This document shows, piece by piece, positions 11,443 through 22,080 of a stretch of 64,000 bases of DNA. The DNA is from an uncultured Planctomycetaceae bacterium (lineage in GTDB: Bacteria; Planctomycetota; Planctomycetia; Isosphaerales; Isosphaeraceae), in the NCBI GenBank assembly GCA_963833985.1, contig CAWIAD010000002.1:320001-384000 (forward strand), read 5' to 3'. How positions within the stretch are numbered: the first letter of the stretch is position 1; each line of letters starts with the position of its first letter. A program made the translations under genes and the position numbers. Below the pieces are notes generated by a model that was given only the letters and a program-made list of their open reading frames with translations, searched no databases and was not told the DNA's origin.

Positions 11443-12118
11443 AACAACTCAACGTTTTCTGCGAGGGACAGACGGAGCAAGCGTTCTGCGTCCAGGTCCT
11501 GCAACCGCACCTGTTTCCCGATGGCAGCGGTATAGTTCACACTCTCGCGGTTGGTCAGAAATCTCACCATCACATTTACGGTACTGGGAAACGTTCCAGC
11601 TACGGGAGACTTCGCAAATTCATACTGAACACCATCCATCAACGACACCAGGCAGACGTCTTCTTCACATCCTTGATTGATCTCTACGCCTTGCCCGACG
11701 ACTTCCCTGGGAAAAGCCAGTATACCCACAACCCGGCCGACCCAACTCGGTTCGTCCTCTCGCTTGAGGAGGCCTTCGAAAGGGATATCAACCACTTCCG
11801 ATTCATTCCCTACCAACAGCTCCACGAATTCGAGACGATGCTCTTCGCGCAGCCAGAGTCATTCATGATTTCATTCGAGAAGTGCGATCAGAAGGTCAAG
11901 CTCCTTGATAGGTGGTCAGTTCATTTCCAAGTATCGAACATATTAACAATCATAGTGACACATCCCCATCGAAGCGCATCATCGCTATCATCCCGGAATA
12001 CGAGGGCAGAAGGGCGTCGGCGGGAGCAGACATCGCCCAGCACATCGGCCTACCAATCATCAGATCCAAATGCCCGCATGTAGATGGATGGCTCTCCAAA
12101 CTGGAGGCCATTTGCTAG
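11439..12118 (+). CDS. DUF4276 family (TOPRIM-like) protein, frameshift near 11910
   Basis: TTG start overlaps the ATPase stop (TTGA). FCEGQTE, LIDLY, HEFE. C-terminal IN...PSKRI..IGL..IR.KCPH..WL lies in ORF 11912-12118. Confidence 0.8.
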
Positions 12119-12197
12119 ACTCCCTCAAAGTGGCCCGCTTCACCCTCGAAGCAGCAGGGCGAGACCCGGCGGGCTCGTTGACCAGAATCAGGGCCGA

Positions 12198-13572
12198 TCA
12201 GCCCAGCGACCAGGGCTTGCGGTATTCGTAGTGCAGCAGCGCGTTCGCCTCATCGCAATTCACGAACCGCTCGGCCTGGGAGTCCCACTGGAGCCGCTTC
12301 TTCGTGGCCAGTGCGATATTTGCAAGGTGGGCAAAGGTTGTGGAGCGATGCCCTTCCTCGATGTCGGCACAGGGCCGCTTGCGGCTCTTGACGTTGTCCA
12401 GGAAATCGCGCGCGGCCTGCTGGTCGAGGTCGCCGTCCGGTGACCGCGCCGATTCGGGCTTGCGTCTCGGCCGTGGATCCTGGAACTGGCCGCCACGCTC
12501 GGGGATGATCTCATAGCCCCGCTCCGAGGTATAGAGCGTCCCCAGCGTGCCGCGGATCTCCACCTCGGCGCCCCGGGTCAGGACGGGCTGGCCGTTGGCC
12601 TCGAAGATGGCGATCTCGGTGAGCATGCCGGAAGCGTGCTCGAAGATCGCCAGCGTGGTGTCCGGGATGGTGCGGTCGTCCTCGACCGCGAACCGGCCGC
12701 CGTGCGCCGAGACGGACTCGGGAGCCAGCTCGCCGGTCAGCCAGCGCATCACGTCAAAGTAGTGAACGCCCCAGTTGCCCACCTGCGAGGAATAGAGCTG
12801 CCACCAGCGGAACTTGTAGGGCATGATCGTCGCCTGAAACGGCCGGGCCGGGCGCGGGCCGAGCCAGAAGTCCCAGTCCAGGTCGGCCGGCGGCTCCGAC
12901 ACCGGGGCGCGGCCGATGCCCTGTGTGGCCATGTTGCTACAGTACGAGGCCCGCGCCACGGTGATCTTGCCGAGCGCTCCCGTTTTGATCAATTCGACGA
13001 GGTGAGCATACATACGCGAGGAGCGGCGGTGCGTGCCCACCTGCACGATGCGCTCGATGCTTCCGCGCCGCCTCGACCATGGCGCGACCCTCGGCGATGG
13101 TGATCGACAGCGGCTTCTCGACATACACATCCTTGCCGGCCTTGCAGGCGGCGATGGTCTGGATGGCGTGCCAGTGGTCGGGCGTGGCGATGACGAGCGC
13201 GTCGATGTCAGGACGGTCGAGCAGCACGCGGAAGTCCTTCACTCGGACCGCGCTGCCGGGGACCTCGGGCATGCGGGGAATACGCGCGCCCAGGCCAGCG
13301 AAACGTGGATCAACCTTGTCGTATTCGGCATGGAGGTACGGTGCGTACACATCGCAGAGCGCCACGACCTTCGCATCGGGTTGCGCCAGGAACGCCTTCA
13401 GGAGCTGGCAGCCGCGGTTGCCCACGCCGATGAACCCGAGCCGCACCTGGTCGCTGGAGGCAGCCGGGCGAGACGCTGCCGCGGACGCCATGGCACCAGC
13501 GGTCGTGGCGGCAGCAGCCGCGGCCGTCGTCGTTGTCCTCGCGAACTCACGGCGGTTGTAAACCGAAGACAT
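12198..13572 (-). CDS. Gfo/Idh/MocA oxidoreductase with Tat-like leader, frameshift near 13056
   Basis: NRREF leader, GFIGVGNRG, TPDHWH, YVEKP; second frame supplies VQVGTHRRS, WDFWLGP, NWGVHYFD. Confidence 0.88.
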
Positions 13573-13765
13573 GGCGATTGCCTTTCTCCGGCCGCCTCGG
13601 GCCGGCCCTACCAGGGGAATGGCAGGCGACCCGGTGGGCCATGCCTTGCCGCTCCACGCACTCATCAGAAATGGGAAGCACGGCGAAGTCAATGGTCGAG
13701 CACGCATTGCCGTCTCGCTGCCGGCGTATAATGGAGTCAGGAGAGTGACCCGAAGGAGAACAACC

Positions 13766-14314
13766 ATGACAGCTCCATTGTTCGCGGGTCTCATCACCGC
13801 GCTGGCCGTCGCCTGGATTCCTTCGCAGGCCGATCCTCCAGGACAGAGCGTGACGCCGGCATCGAAACACCTCGATTTCAAGGTGGTCGTCTGGTACCGT
13901 CGAGACAGGCCGCTGGAGACGTTCCAGTCCCAGGAGTACGATGTCCGCAAGGGCCAGTACACGCCCGCCGTCGAGCAATGGCTTGAACTGATGAAGACGA
14001 GGTATCCAGGCTATGTCCTCATCGTCCGCAATGTGGACCTTGAGCACGAGCGCGGAGCCACCGAGGGATTGCGGGTCGGCGCAGTCATCAAACGCGAGCT
14101 CATGGCGGCAGCGGCGCTCGAAGGTGTTGTGGTCGGTGCTCCGGCGCCGGGTTTAAACTTGCGGTCCTCGAATTCGCTGGCCGGGAAGGGGGGCTCGACA
14201 GCGCCCCCAGGCGCCTTCACGCCGCTGGGCGCCAGCCGTTCCGGCTCGTTGAACCTCGGCCCGACGGGCCCCAGCTTCCCCGTACCGATGCCTTACCCCC
14301 GCCCCCACCCATGA
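13766..14314 (+). CDS. Hypothetical secreted protein
   Basis: aaggag RBS, signal-peptide-like N-terminus, Pro-rich tail. Confidence 0.6.
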   Translation: MTAPLFAGLITALAVAWIPSQADPPGQSVTPASKHLDFKVVVWYRRDRPLETFQSQEYDVRKGQYTPAVEQWLELMKTRYPGYVLIVRNVDLEHERGATEGLRVGAVIKRELMAAAALEGVVVGAPAPGLNLRSSNSLAGKGGSTAPPGAFTPLGASRSGSLNLGPTGPSFPVPMPYPRPHP

Positions 14315-14318
14315 TCAC

Positions 14319-14882
14319 TCACCGGAAGAAGTCCGAGACCGTCGCGCGAAAACCCGGCAGATGCGGCTCAGCCGTGATGGTATCGCGGAGGTTGAAGAGC
14401 TTCGATTCCCCCTCGGAACGGTGCTCGATGATGGTCTGCCGGTAGGGATCGATGATCCAGATGACAGGGACCCTGGCGGCAAGGTAAGCGTCTATCTTCT
14501 CGTTGATGTCCCCGACGATATCGCTCGGCGAGAGGATGTCCACGACCAGGGTGGGAACGCCGTCGACAAGCGTCGTGTCAGCGGTCTGCCTGGCCATGAC
14601 CTCCGCATTGATGTACGTGACGTCGATGCCAACCGTGGTATCCGGATCGTGCGCCAGGATCACCCCGGCTTCTCCCGCCAGCACCTGACCCCTGGGCTCC
14701 GGTTGCTCATCCAGCCAGACGACGAGGATATTCACCACTCGTCCCATGATACGACTGTGATGACGGTTTCGTATCGTCATCGGTCGTTCCCTCAGTTCCC
14801 CGGCGATCAGCCAGCGATCGGTGCCGTCTTCGGGAAGCGCCAGCAGCTCGTCTGTCGTCATCAACGATTCAGCCGTGGCCAT
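14319..14882 (-). CDS. Uma2 (DUF820) family endonuclease-like protein
   Basis: WLIAGEL, PTLVVDILSPSD, WIIDP, LPGF motifs. Confidence 0.88.
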   Translation of the reverse strand: MATAESLMTTDELLALPEDGTDRWLIAGELRERPMTIRNRHHSRIMGRVVNILVVWLDEQPEPRGQVLAGEAGVILAHDPDTTVGIDVTYINAEVMARQTADTTLVDGVPTLVVDILSPSDIVGDINEKIDAYLAARVPVIWIIDPYRQTIIEHRSEGESKLFNLRDTITAEPHLPGFRATVSDFFR

Positions 14883-14990
14883 GGTCGAACTCCTCGTCGG
14901 GTGATTCCCAGCTCCGTTTCGATTCTAACTTCTCTTGTCTGATGGTGCCGAGCGAACCCTGCACCGTGCTTCGGACCCCACCGGCAGGGC

Positions 14991-16125
14991 TCAATTGGCC
15001 GCGTCGAGCACGAGGAGCGTGACGTCATCCTGATTGCTGGCGGTGTTCGAGAACGCGGCGAGCTCGGCGAGGATGGCGTCGAGCAGTTGAGATCCGCGAC
15101 CGCCCGTTTCCAAAGCCGCGAGCAGCCGCTCTTGACCGAACATGCAGCCAGGCCCATGCGCCTCGATCACGCCGTCGGTATACAGCAGCAGGGAGTCTCC
15201 CGGGCCCAGGCTGGCGGTCGCTTGCTCGCAAGGGATCTCGAAGAGGGCCGAGGTCAGGATTGGTCCTGTCGAATCGAGCAGTTGCGCACGGGAAGCGCCA
15301 GAACGCAGGATCGGCGGTGGATGGCCCGCATTCACGTAGCGCAGCTCACCCCGAGGGGCATCAAGTCGCGCACAGCAGAGGGTCACGAACCGGCTGGGGT
15401 CGAAGTCGCGTATGGCTTCCTTCACACGATCAACCACCGCGATCGGTTCAAAACCATCGACATGGGACGCCCGGAACGCGGCCTTCACCACGCCGGTCAT
15501 CATCGCCGCCGATGCGCCGTGCCCCACCACGTCGGCAATCAGCAGGGCGAGCGCGTCCTCGCCCACAGGGACGTAATCGTAGATGTCTCCGGCAAGCTCG
15601 CTGCAAGCGATATACCGGGCCGCGATCGAGAGGCCCGGGAGTCTCCAGCCGCGGAGGTGGAAGGAGACTGAGCTGGAACTGCCGTGCGTCCTCGAGCTCG
15701 TCCTCAACCCGTCGCAGGAACTCCTCGCGCTGTTCACGCAGTTCGCGCAGCTCGAGGCAGCGGTTCACCAGCGCCAGCAGCACACGCCGGTCGAATGGCT
15801 TCTGGATGAAATAAAAGGCCCCCTCGTCGATGGCCTGGATGAGCGTTTCATCGGGCTCCTCGGCGTTCCCGGTCATGAGGATGGCCTCGACAGCCGGCTG
15901 AGCCGCCTTCAAGGCCCGCGTGACCTCGAAGCCGTTCATCGCGGGGAGCCGGATATCGACGATTGCCAGGTCGGGCTTGAACGTTCGTGCTTCCACAAGC
16001 GCCGCTTCTCCCGATGCCGCCACCGCAACCTGATGACGCCGGCCCAGGATGCGTCCGACCGCACGAAGGATTCCCGGGTCGTCATCCACGATCAGAATGC
16101 GGGCGGATTGCGGTTCTTGATTCAT
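14991..16125 (-). CDS. Response regulator receiver + PP2C/SpoIIE phosphatase (RsbU-like), frameshift near 15643
   Basis: ILIVDDD..VDIRLP..KPF receiver; ADVVGHG, NAGHPPP, YTDG and DDVT in the second frame. Confidence 0.88.
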
Positions 16126-17865
16126 CCGGATACTCCCGGCCGGGTCAGGGGAAAGAGTGCTCGGACTCGGGTCCCCGCGCCCGGAGTGCTGTCGATCTCG
16201 AACCGGCCGCGGTGCTGCGCGAGAATCGAGCGGCAGATCGCCAGGCCCAGACCGTGACCATTCGCCTTGGTCGAGAAGAAAGGTTCGCGGATCCGGACGA
16301 GGTCGGCGCCGGAGATGCCGCAGCCGGTATCCTCGACCAGAATCTCCAGTGCCGCGTCACACGAGGCGGCCCGGATGGTCAAGCGGCCGTCCGGTCCGGT
16401 CGCGTCGCAGGCGTTGCTGATCAGGTTGAGCAAGAGCTGTTCGATGTCCGCCTGCACGGCGAGGAGAGGAGGAAGGTCCTCGGCAATATCGACCTCCAGC
16501 CGGACTCCCCGGCGCATCAGGGCCTCGCGAAAGATCGCCAGCGCCCCGTCCACGGCATGGCGGATAGAGACCTCGCTGGGGTTGCGTGCCGAGCCGCGTG
16601 CAAAATGCACCATGGCGCCGAAGATACGCCGGCAGACCTGGATGGACTGTTCGATCTGGCCGAGGTCGGCGGCGGCGGCCTGGAGGTCGAGCTGATTCTC
16701 CTGGATCTCGGAGCGAAGCTGCTGCACCAGCGGGAGCACCGCGCCCAGCGCGTTGTTCACGTCATGGGAGACGCCCCGGGCCAGATCGGCCATGGCATGC
16801 TTGCGCTCGGCGGCAAGCACCCGCTCCTTGAGCCACTCGGCCCGGTGGGCGTTCTGCAATGCGACCGCGGCCTGAGGAAGAAACTGGGAGACCAGCTCCG
16901 CCTCGTACCGGCAGAAGGCACCGGGATGAATGGAAGCCACCTTCAACATCCCGAGCAGGCCTCCGCGCGTCGCCAGCGACCCGCACAGAATGGCCCCTTC
17001 GGCGGGGCTCGCCGTTCCGCGATCGGGCTGGGGACCATAATCCAGCAGCTCCGCCAGACCGGTGGCATCACTCGACGTCCAGTTGATCCAGCTTTTCCCG
17101 CGACGATCAAAACCCCAGACGAACGGCCGGTCCAGCAACTTGCGCAGCGAGGGGGTAAGCGGCCGCTTGCGGCCCACGTTCTGCCCCTTTGCTTTCTGCC
17201 AGGCAATCTGCTCGGCGACGACCTCCAGGGTCCCGGATTCGTCATCATAGATGAGCAGGGAAGCCGAATGGTCGTACCCGGTGAGCGATCGAATCCCGTG
17301 CAGCAGCTCGTAAGCCAGGTGTTTCGGCTGGCTCTGTTCCAGGATCTTGCGATCGACCCGGGCGCGCACCTCGCGGATCCGCTCGAGATCGATCTGATCG
17401 ATGAGCTCATTGGCCAGCCCGCCGATCGTCGAGAATGCCTGCCGGGCGTCCCAGTGCAGGTCCTTGCCGGACGCCCTGACGGCCAGAGCCCCACATCCGG
17501 CCGTGCCTTCGAATCCGCGCCAGCATCAGCTCGCCGGGCACGCGCACCGGCTCGCCGCGCAGGAATGCCGTGAGCAGGGCCCGATCCCAGGACGCCTGTT
17601 CCGGCAGCGAAAGGAGAATCCTCGCAAGGTCCCAGCCCGGCCCGATCGTGACGATTGCCCCCTCGCCGGCCCCGAAAAGTTCCATGCTCAGCTTCGTGGC
17701 GCCCCGCAGAACCTTCATCTCGTCGCGGCCATCCCGATACTGGGCTCGAAATCTCCAGAGATGGCAGGTGAGCCCCGGCAACGCCAGTCCAGCACCCGGC
17801 AATCCAGGAGCGCGGGTCTCGCCCTGTTCGGCAGCGTCAGACATCGTTGGCATTCTCTTGGTCAT
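16122..17865 (-). CDS. GAF-containing sensor histidine kinase, frameshift in a G-run near 17490
   Basis: H-box SHDVNNALG, N-box NLISNA, DTGCG, FFSTK..GLGL; N-terminal part in ORF 17407-17919; stop overlaps the regulator start. Confidence 0.85.
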
Positions 17866-17946
17866 GAATTCACGGGAAGAGTTGAAGCGGGAAAGGACGC
17901 CGGAGCCGCGCAGGCTCACGGGACCGCGAGCCGTGCCATGAACTGG

Positions 17947-20000
17947 CTATTCAGCCATGTTAAGGGAGCCGCCCCGGAAGATGAAGCGTCTGGCTTCGCG
18001 GATCTCTTCTGGCAGACTGCTCCACCAGCTTCTCCACCGGCCGATGTCCTCACCATGGGGCATTCCCGAGATCGCCTCGAGTGCCCAGATGAGCTCCTCC
18101 CTGGGGATCGAATCGTCTCGGCCGAGCACCTCGATGAGAGCCGAGGCTCCCAGTGCATGACCACCGGAGCCCAGGCGACGCACGGCCAGGATGCGGTCGC
18201 CAGGATCTGCCTGGCGATCCTCGATCAGCGGCATGAGCCGATGGGTCAGCTTGCACACGATTTCCGGAGGCGGAAGCGCGAACGTTCCCGTGCCCTGTTC
18301 CTGAACCCAACCCCTCCATCGCAGGGCAAGCTCTTCGACACCGATGCCAAAGTGCCGCTCGATGGCTTTCCCTGGTTCGGCGAGCAGCAAGCGGTCGGTC
18401 AAAAGTGCGTGCAGCGCGGTTCGCCTTTCGCCCGGGGCCTGCGCTCCTCCCAGGTATTCCAGAACCGAGTGAGCCTCGCCCTCGTACTGCTCGAGCTGGC
18501 TGAACTCCGCGTGTTCATCCCAGTGGTTGAGCAGCACAATCAGCTCTCGAATTGTGGTCTCGAAGAGGCGCTTGCCGAGCGTATTGCCATGCGCCAGGGC
18601 GACGAGCATCCTCCGGTTCAGGCACATCCGATCCTCATCGCCGGCTGCCAGGAACCTGGGGAGTACACTCTTGACCCAGATTGGCAAGGCGCGGCCCGTG
18701 TGCGAGTCGAGACCAGCGTGGCAGAAGAGATGGAAGGCGGTTCGTCTCTTCTCGTCGGCCTGGTATGGCAACTCCTCAATGCAAAAGGCCGCCGCGCGCC
18801 GCGGCTGCGGAAGGTACATTCCGCTCAAGGTCTTCATCACGCGAGAGCTGAAGTGACTGTGCGGACGCACGAAGGCGTCGAAACCGGCTCGCTCCTGGAA
18901 CAGAAGGATCCTCAGACCTGGCGGAGGATCGACAGTTCTTTTCAGGAACGCTTCCATCTTCTCGCGTGCGGCTTGCAGCTCTTCCATGAGCCAGGGCGCG
19001 GGGTTTTCCGGGCCGGAGTGCCAGATTGTCGCCTGGCCGGTGCGAAGGACTTCACCCTTCGCACCTGCGGCCTTGCGCGGAGCCCAGAATGTAGGACTCG
19101 CTCCCCATGCGCCGTAACTGCACGCGGTGAATGACCACGAACAGGATGGTCGCCGCCACGATCGTGCCCAGGATGGAGATCGGCACGACAACCTGATAAC
19201 TCGCGCCCTGGACGGGAGAAAACGCGACATTCACCAGCAGCACTGCGGCAAGGAAGCCGAACATTGACAGCACGGCGAAAATGATCAGCAGGCCCAGAGC
19301 CACGTGGCTCTTCCTCGATGGGACGGGCTTTTGCGCCGGGCTGACCGGTCTCGACAGATCGGCAGTCTGGGTACTCGCCTGTCGTGCCAGCTCGGCAGAG
19401 GCAGCTCTCCGCAACGGCACAGGCCCTGGTCGACATCTGGGGCAGAGCAGGGGACCGGGCGCGATCTCGGCGCCGCAGTGCTCGCAGGGCACTGGACCGG
19501 ACCGCCGGAAGCTTGTGATCATCAGAGTGAGCAGGAGCAGATAGAACAGGCCCATGAGCATGGGAAGCACGCGGAGCAACAGGCCGAACACTCCTCCCAG
19601 CGACGCCCCCAGCAACGATGTGCGGTCGAAGGGGTCAATCTGAGTCATGATTACCACCATCGCCGCGATAAGCACCAGCGTGCACCAGAAGACCCAGCGC
19701 AGCACTTGTCGCTGGTGAAGCAGGCGAAGCTGAGGAAGGTCGCATTGCGCAGACCGGCGGAGGGTCTTTCGGGTTGACGCGATCGAGGAAGCGCCGCCCG
19801 CAGTGAGCGCACGCCGGCGCCTTCCGCCAGACACGGAAGATCCCCCGCATCAAGAGCATCAGAACGATGGTGATGAAAATCCCGAAGCCGACGTGGCTGT
19901 CTCCTGGCGGCAAGATCATGACCAGCACCAGTGCGCTGACCGCAACGATGACCGCCAGGTCAGCCAGGTGGAACTGGAACCGTCTCTGTGGCATGCCCAT
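17947..20000 (-). CDS. Hypothetical membrane protein with two CxxC..CxxC zinc ribbons and a C-terminal HEAT-like region; frameshifts near 19755 and 19075
   Basis: RRFQFHLADL leader, several TM helices, CAHC..CAQC and CEHC..CPRC; three overlapping ORFs join into one gene. Confidence 0.55.
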
Positions 20001-20146
20001 CGCTCTCGTCTTGAATCCTGTGGTGAGTTGCCATAACCACCCGGGGTAGTCAGCGAGCATGAGCTTCTGATTCGCTGGATGCAATGTCAAGAGGTGTGAA
20101 TGAGGTTGCTGGGAGCGAGCACGCCGAAAAGGTCGATTCATTCGAG

Positions 20147-21886
20147 GGGTGTAAGACACGGTTCGTTTTTCTGAGGTCCTACGCCGCTTTCCCAGTTTCC
20201 CTGGCTTTATAGTTGCGGAAGGGGCTGCTGGGCCTCTCTTTGAGGTACCGATCCAGGCGTCCGTCCTCCGAGAGGAACGACGCTCGAAGCTGAAGCATCG
20301 TCTCGGCACCGGCGTCGCTCCAGAATTTCTCCGACCCCTTGACCCGCCGGTTGAAGATCTTCACGGTCGACTCCACGTGACTGCTCGTCCACGGCAATCC
20401 CCCGCGTCGATAAGCAGGGTAGTCCATCCGCTCTCGATTATGCTCCAGGTAGCCGAGTTCTTGGGCGATGATCTTGCGCGGGTCATCGTCGGCCAGCCGT
20501 TCGAGCTCGTCTCCGGATAAGGACGCCTGGGCATCTCGCAGGGTACGGAGTTCCTCAATCACCTGGCCCACGCGTCCCTTCCAGCAGGCCTCCGCCCATG
20601 CCTGGAACAACTCCCAGCGGCCTTCGGTCTCGATCGCCGCAGCCTTGGCGGCCGCGAACAGGTGACCCAGGGCGTGGAGAAAATCAACGATGGCCAGAAA
20701 GGTCGGAAAATGCCGTTGCTGCAATTTCCAGATCCAGGCCGAGCCGTCCCCCAGGAACGCCCGATGAGCCGCTTTCATGAGATTGCGTCGCCACGCCTCC
20801 GCGGCCACCATCGGCCCGAATTGCTCGCTGGAGCAGGTGCTCGCCACGTAAGTCCGCACCACCAGTTCGGGCCTTTCCCTCGGCTCGGACCGATCCCCGG
20901 GGGACGGCAGAGATGCTTCGTCGATGTTCTCCGCCGGGGCCTCCTGTAGGCCCATCGAGCTCGACCCGCTGATCCCGCCGACAAGCTTCTCGACGTATCC
21001 CCGGTCGCGGTAGCAGGCGGGCAACTCCGGCTCCGGGTCGCAGTCCGAGACGACATTGGCCATGGTGGCCAGAATCGCGATCTTGTCCTCACGCCAGGAC
21101 GCATCATGGGCACCGGGCCCTTCCCCCTGGCCGCGAATCTGCAGCCGGCCGCCGTCAACCTCGACCACTGCCAGAGCCGGCCGTGTCTCGACTCGCGGCT
21201 CGAGCTTATGGGCTTGAAGTTCGCTCACATGCTGATCTCTCTCGGCCTGCAATTGTTGGCCGACCTCCTGGGCGATGCGGCCGATCTGCCGACTGCCGAT
21301 GGTCACCTCGGCCAATTCCGCCATCGCCTCGGCCGCCTCCCGGAAGGAGGGCTCCCGGGCACCGCAACGGACGATCTTGCGCAGCACCGAAGGGCTGTAG
21401 TCATGTGGCGTGAGGCGCAAGGCCGGACGCTGAGGGAAAAAAATCCCGGCGACATGCCGGGCAGTGGCACTTCGGTTCGGCGTAGGTGACCTTGCCTCCC
21501 CAGAATTCAATGGTTCGATCGTTGCGTTGCACCGGACAGAGCCGCTTGCAGTTGGGACAAGGCTGCTCGGCCCCCAAGAGGGAGGCTTTCTGCTTCAGGA
21601 GTTCCTCGATGGTTCCCTTGGCCACGGCACAGGCCGCGGTCATGGCCATTTGTTCCATGTCGTCGGCATCGAGGTCCAGGTCAGGCCCAACTTCTTCGTG
21701 GACCCGTCGCGCCACAGTTTTCCCCCACCCTTTGGCCATCTGCTCGACCCCGGTGCGATCCATCGATGGTGACTTACGGAAAGGCATAGCAGGTCCCTCC
21801 TTGGACTTCCGGTGACGGACAATTTGGGAAACTTGACTTGACATGCTACCACCGGCCTCGGGCGGCGCGAACCGCGTCTTACACCC
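20147..21886 (-). mobile_element. Complete IS, ISKra4-like (prokaryotic Mutator-like DDE) element, 1740 bp
   Basis: Terminal IRs gggtgtaagacacggttcg / cgaaccgcgtcttacaccc (18/19 match); perfect 9-bp direct repeat tcattcgag at 20138-20146 and 21887-21895. Confidence 0.92.
20179..21787 (-). CDS. ISKra4-like transposase in two ORFs joined by a probable programmed -1 frameshift
   Basis: ORF A has CPNC..CPAC then RDFFP; ORF B has VDGG, LGDGSAWIW, VDFLHA, SSHVES; slippery gatttttttccc near 21435-21446. Confidence 0.85.
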
Positions 21887-22080
21887 TCATTCGAGAAAAC
21901 TTGCGAGAAACTCTTGACGATGATCCAGAAATCCGATAGGGTCCGCCCGCCGTGGGAGAACAGACCCGCGGTCGCCTGTTTCACAGGGAAGTGCTCAGGC
22001 GGCTCCGGTCGAATGACGCGTCTTGGTTCTCAAGACGGGTCCGGGGGTTCTCCCCGACCGCTGTGCATGGAGGCTGGCCG

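Noticed and set aside
17401..19134. 577-aa plus-strand ORF and other long antisense ORFs (e.g. 1931-3469, 15987-17573, 48104-49543)
   Set aside because: Shadow ORFs opposite motif-bearing genes, expected at high GC; no recognisable motifs.
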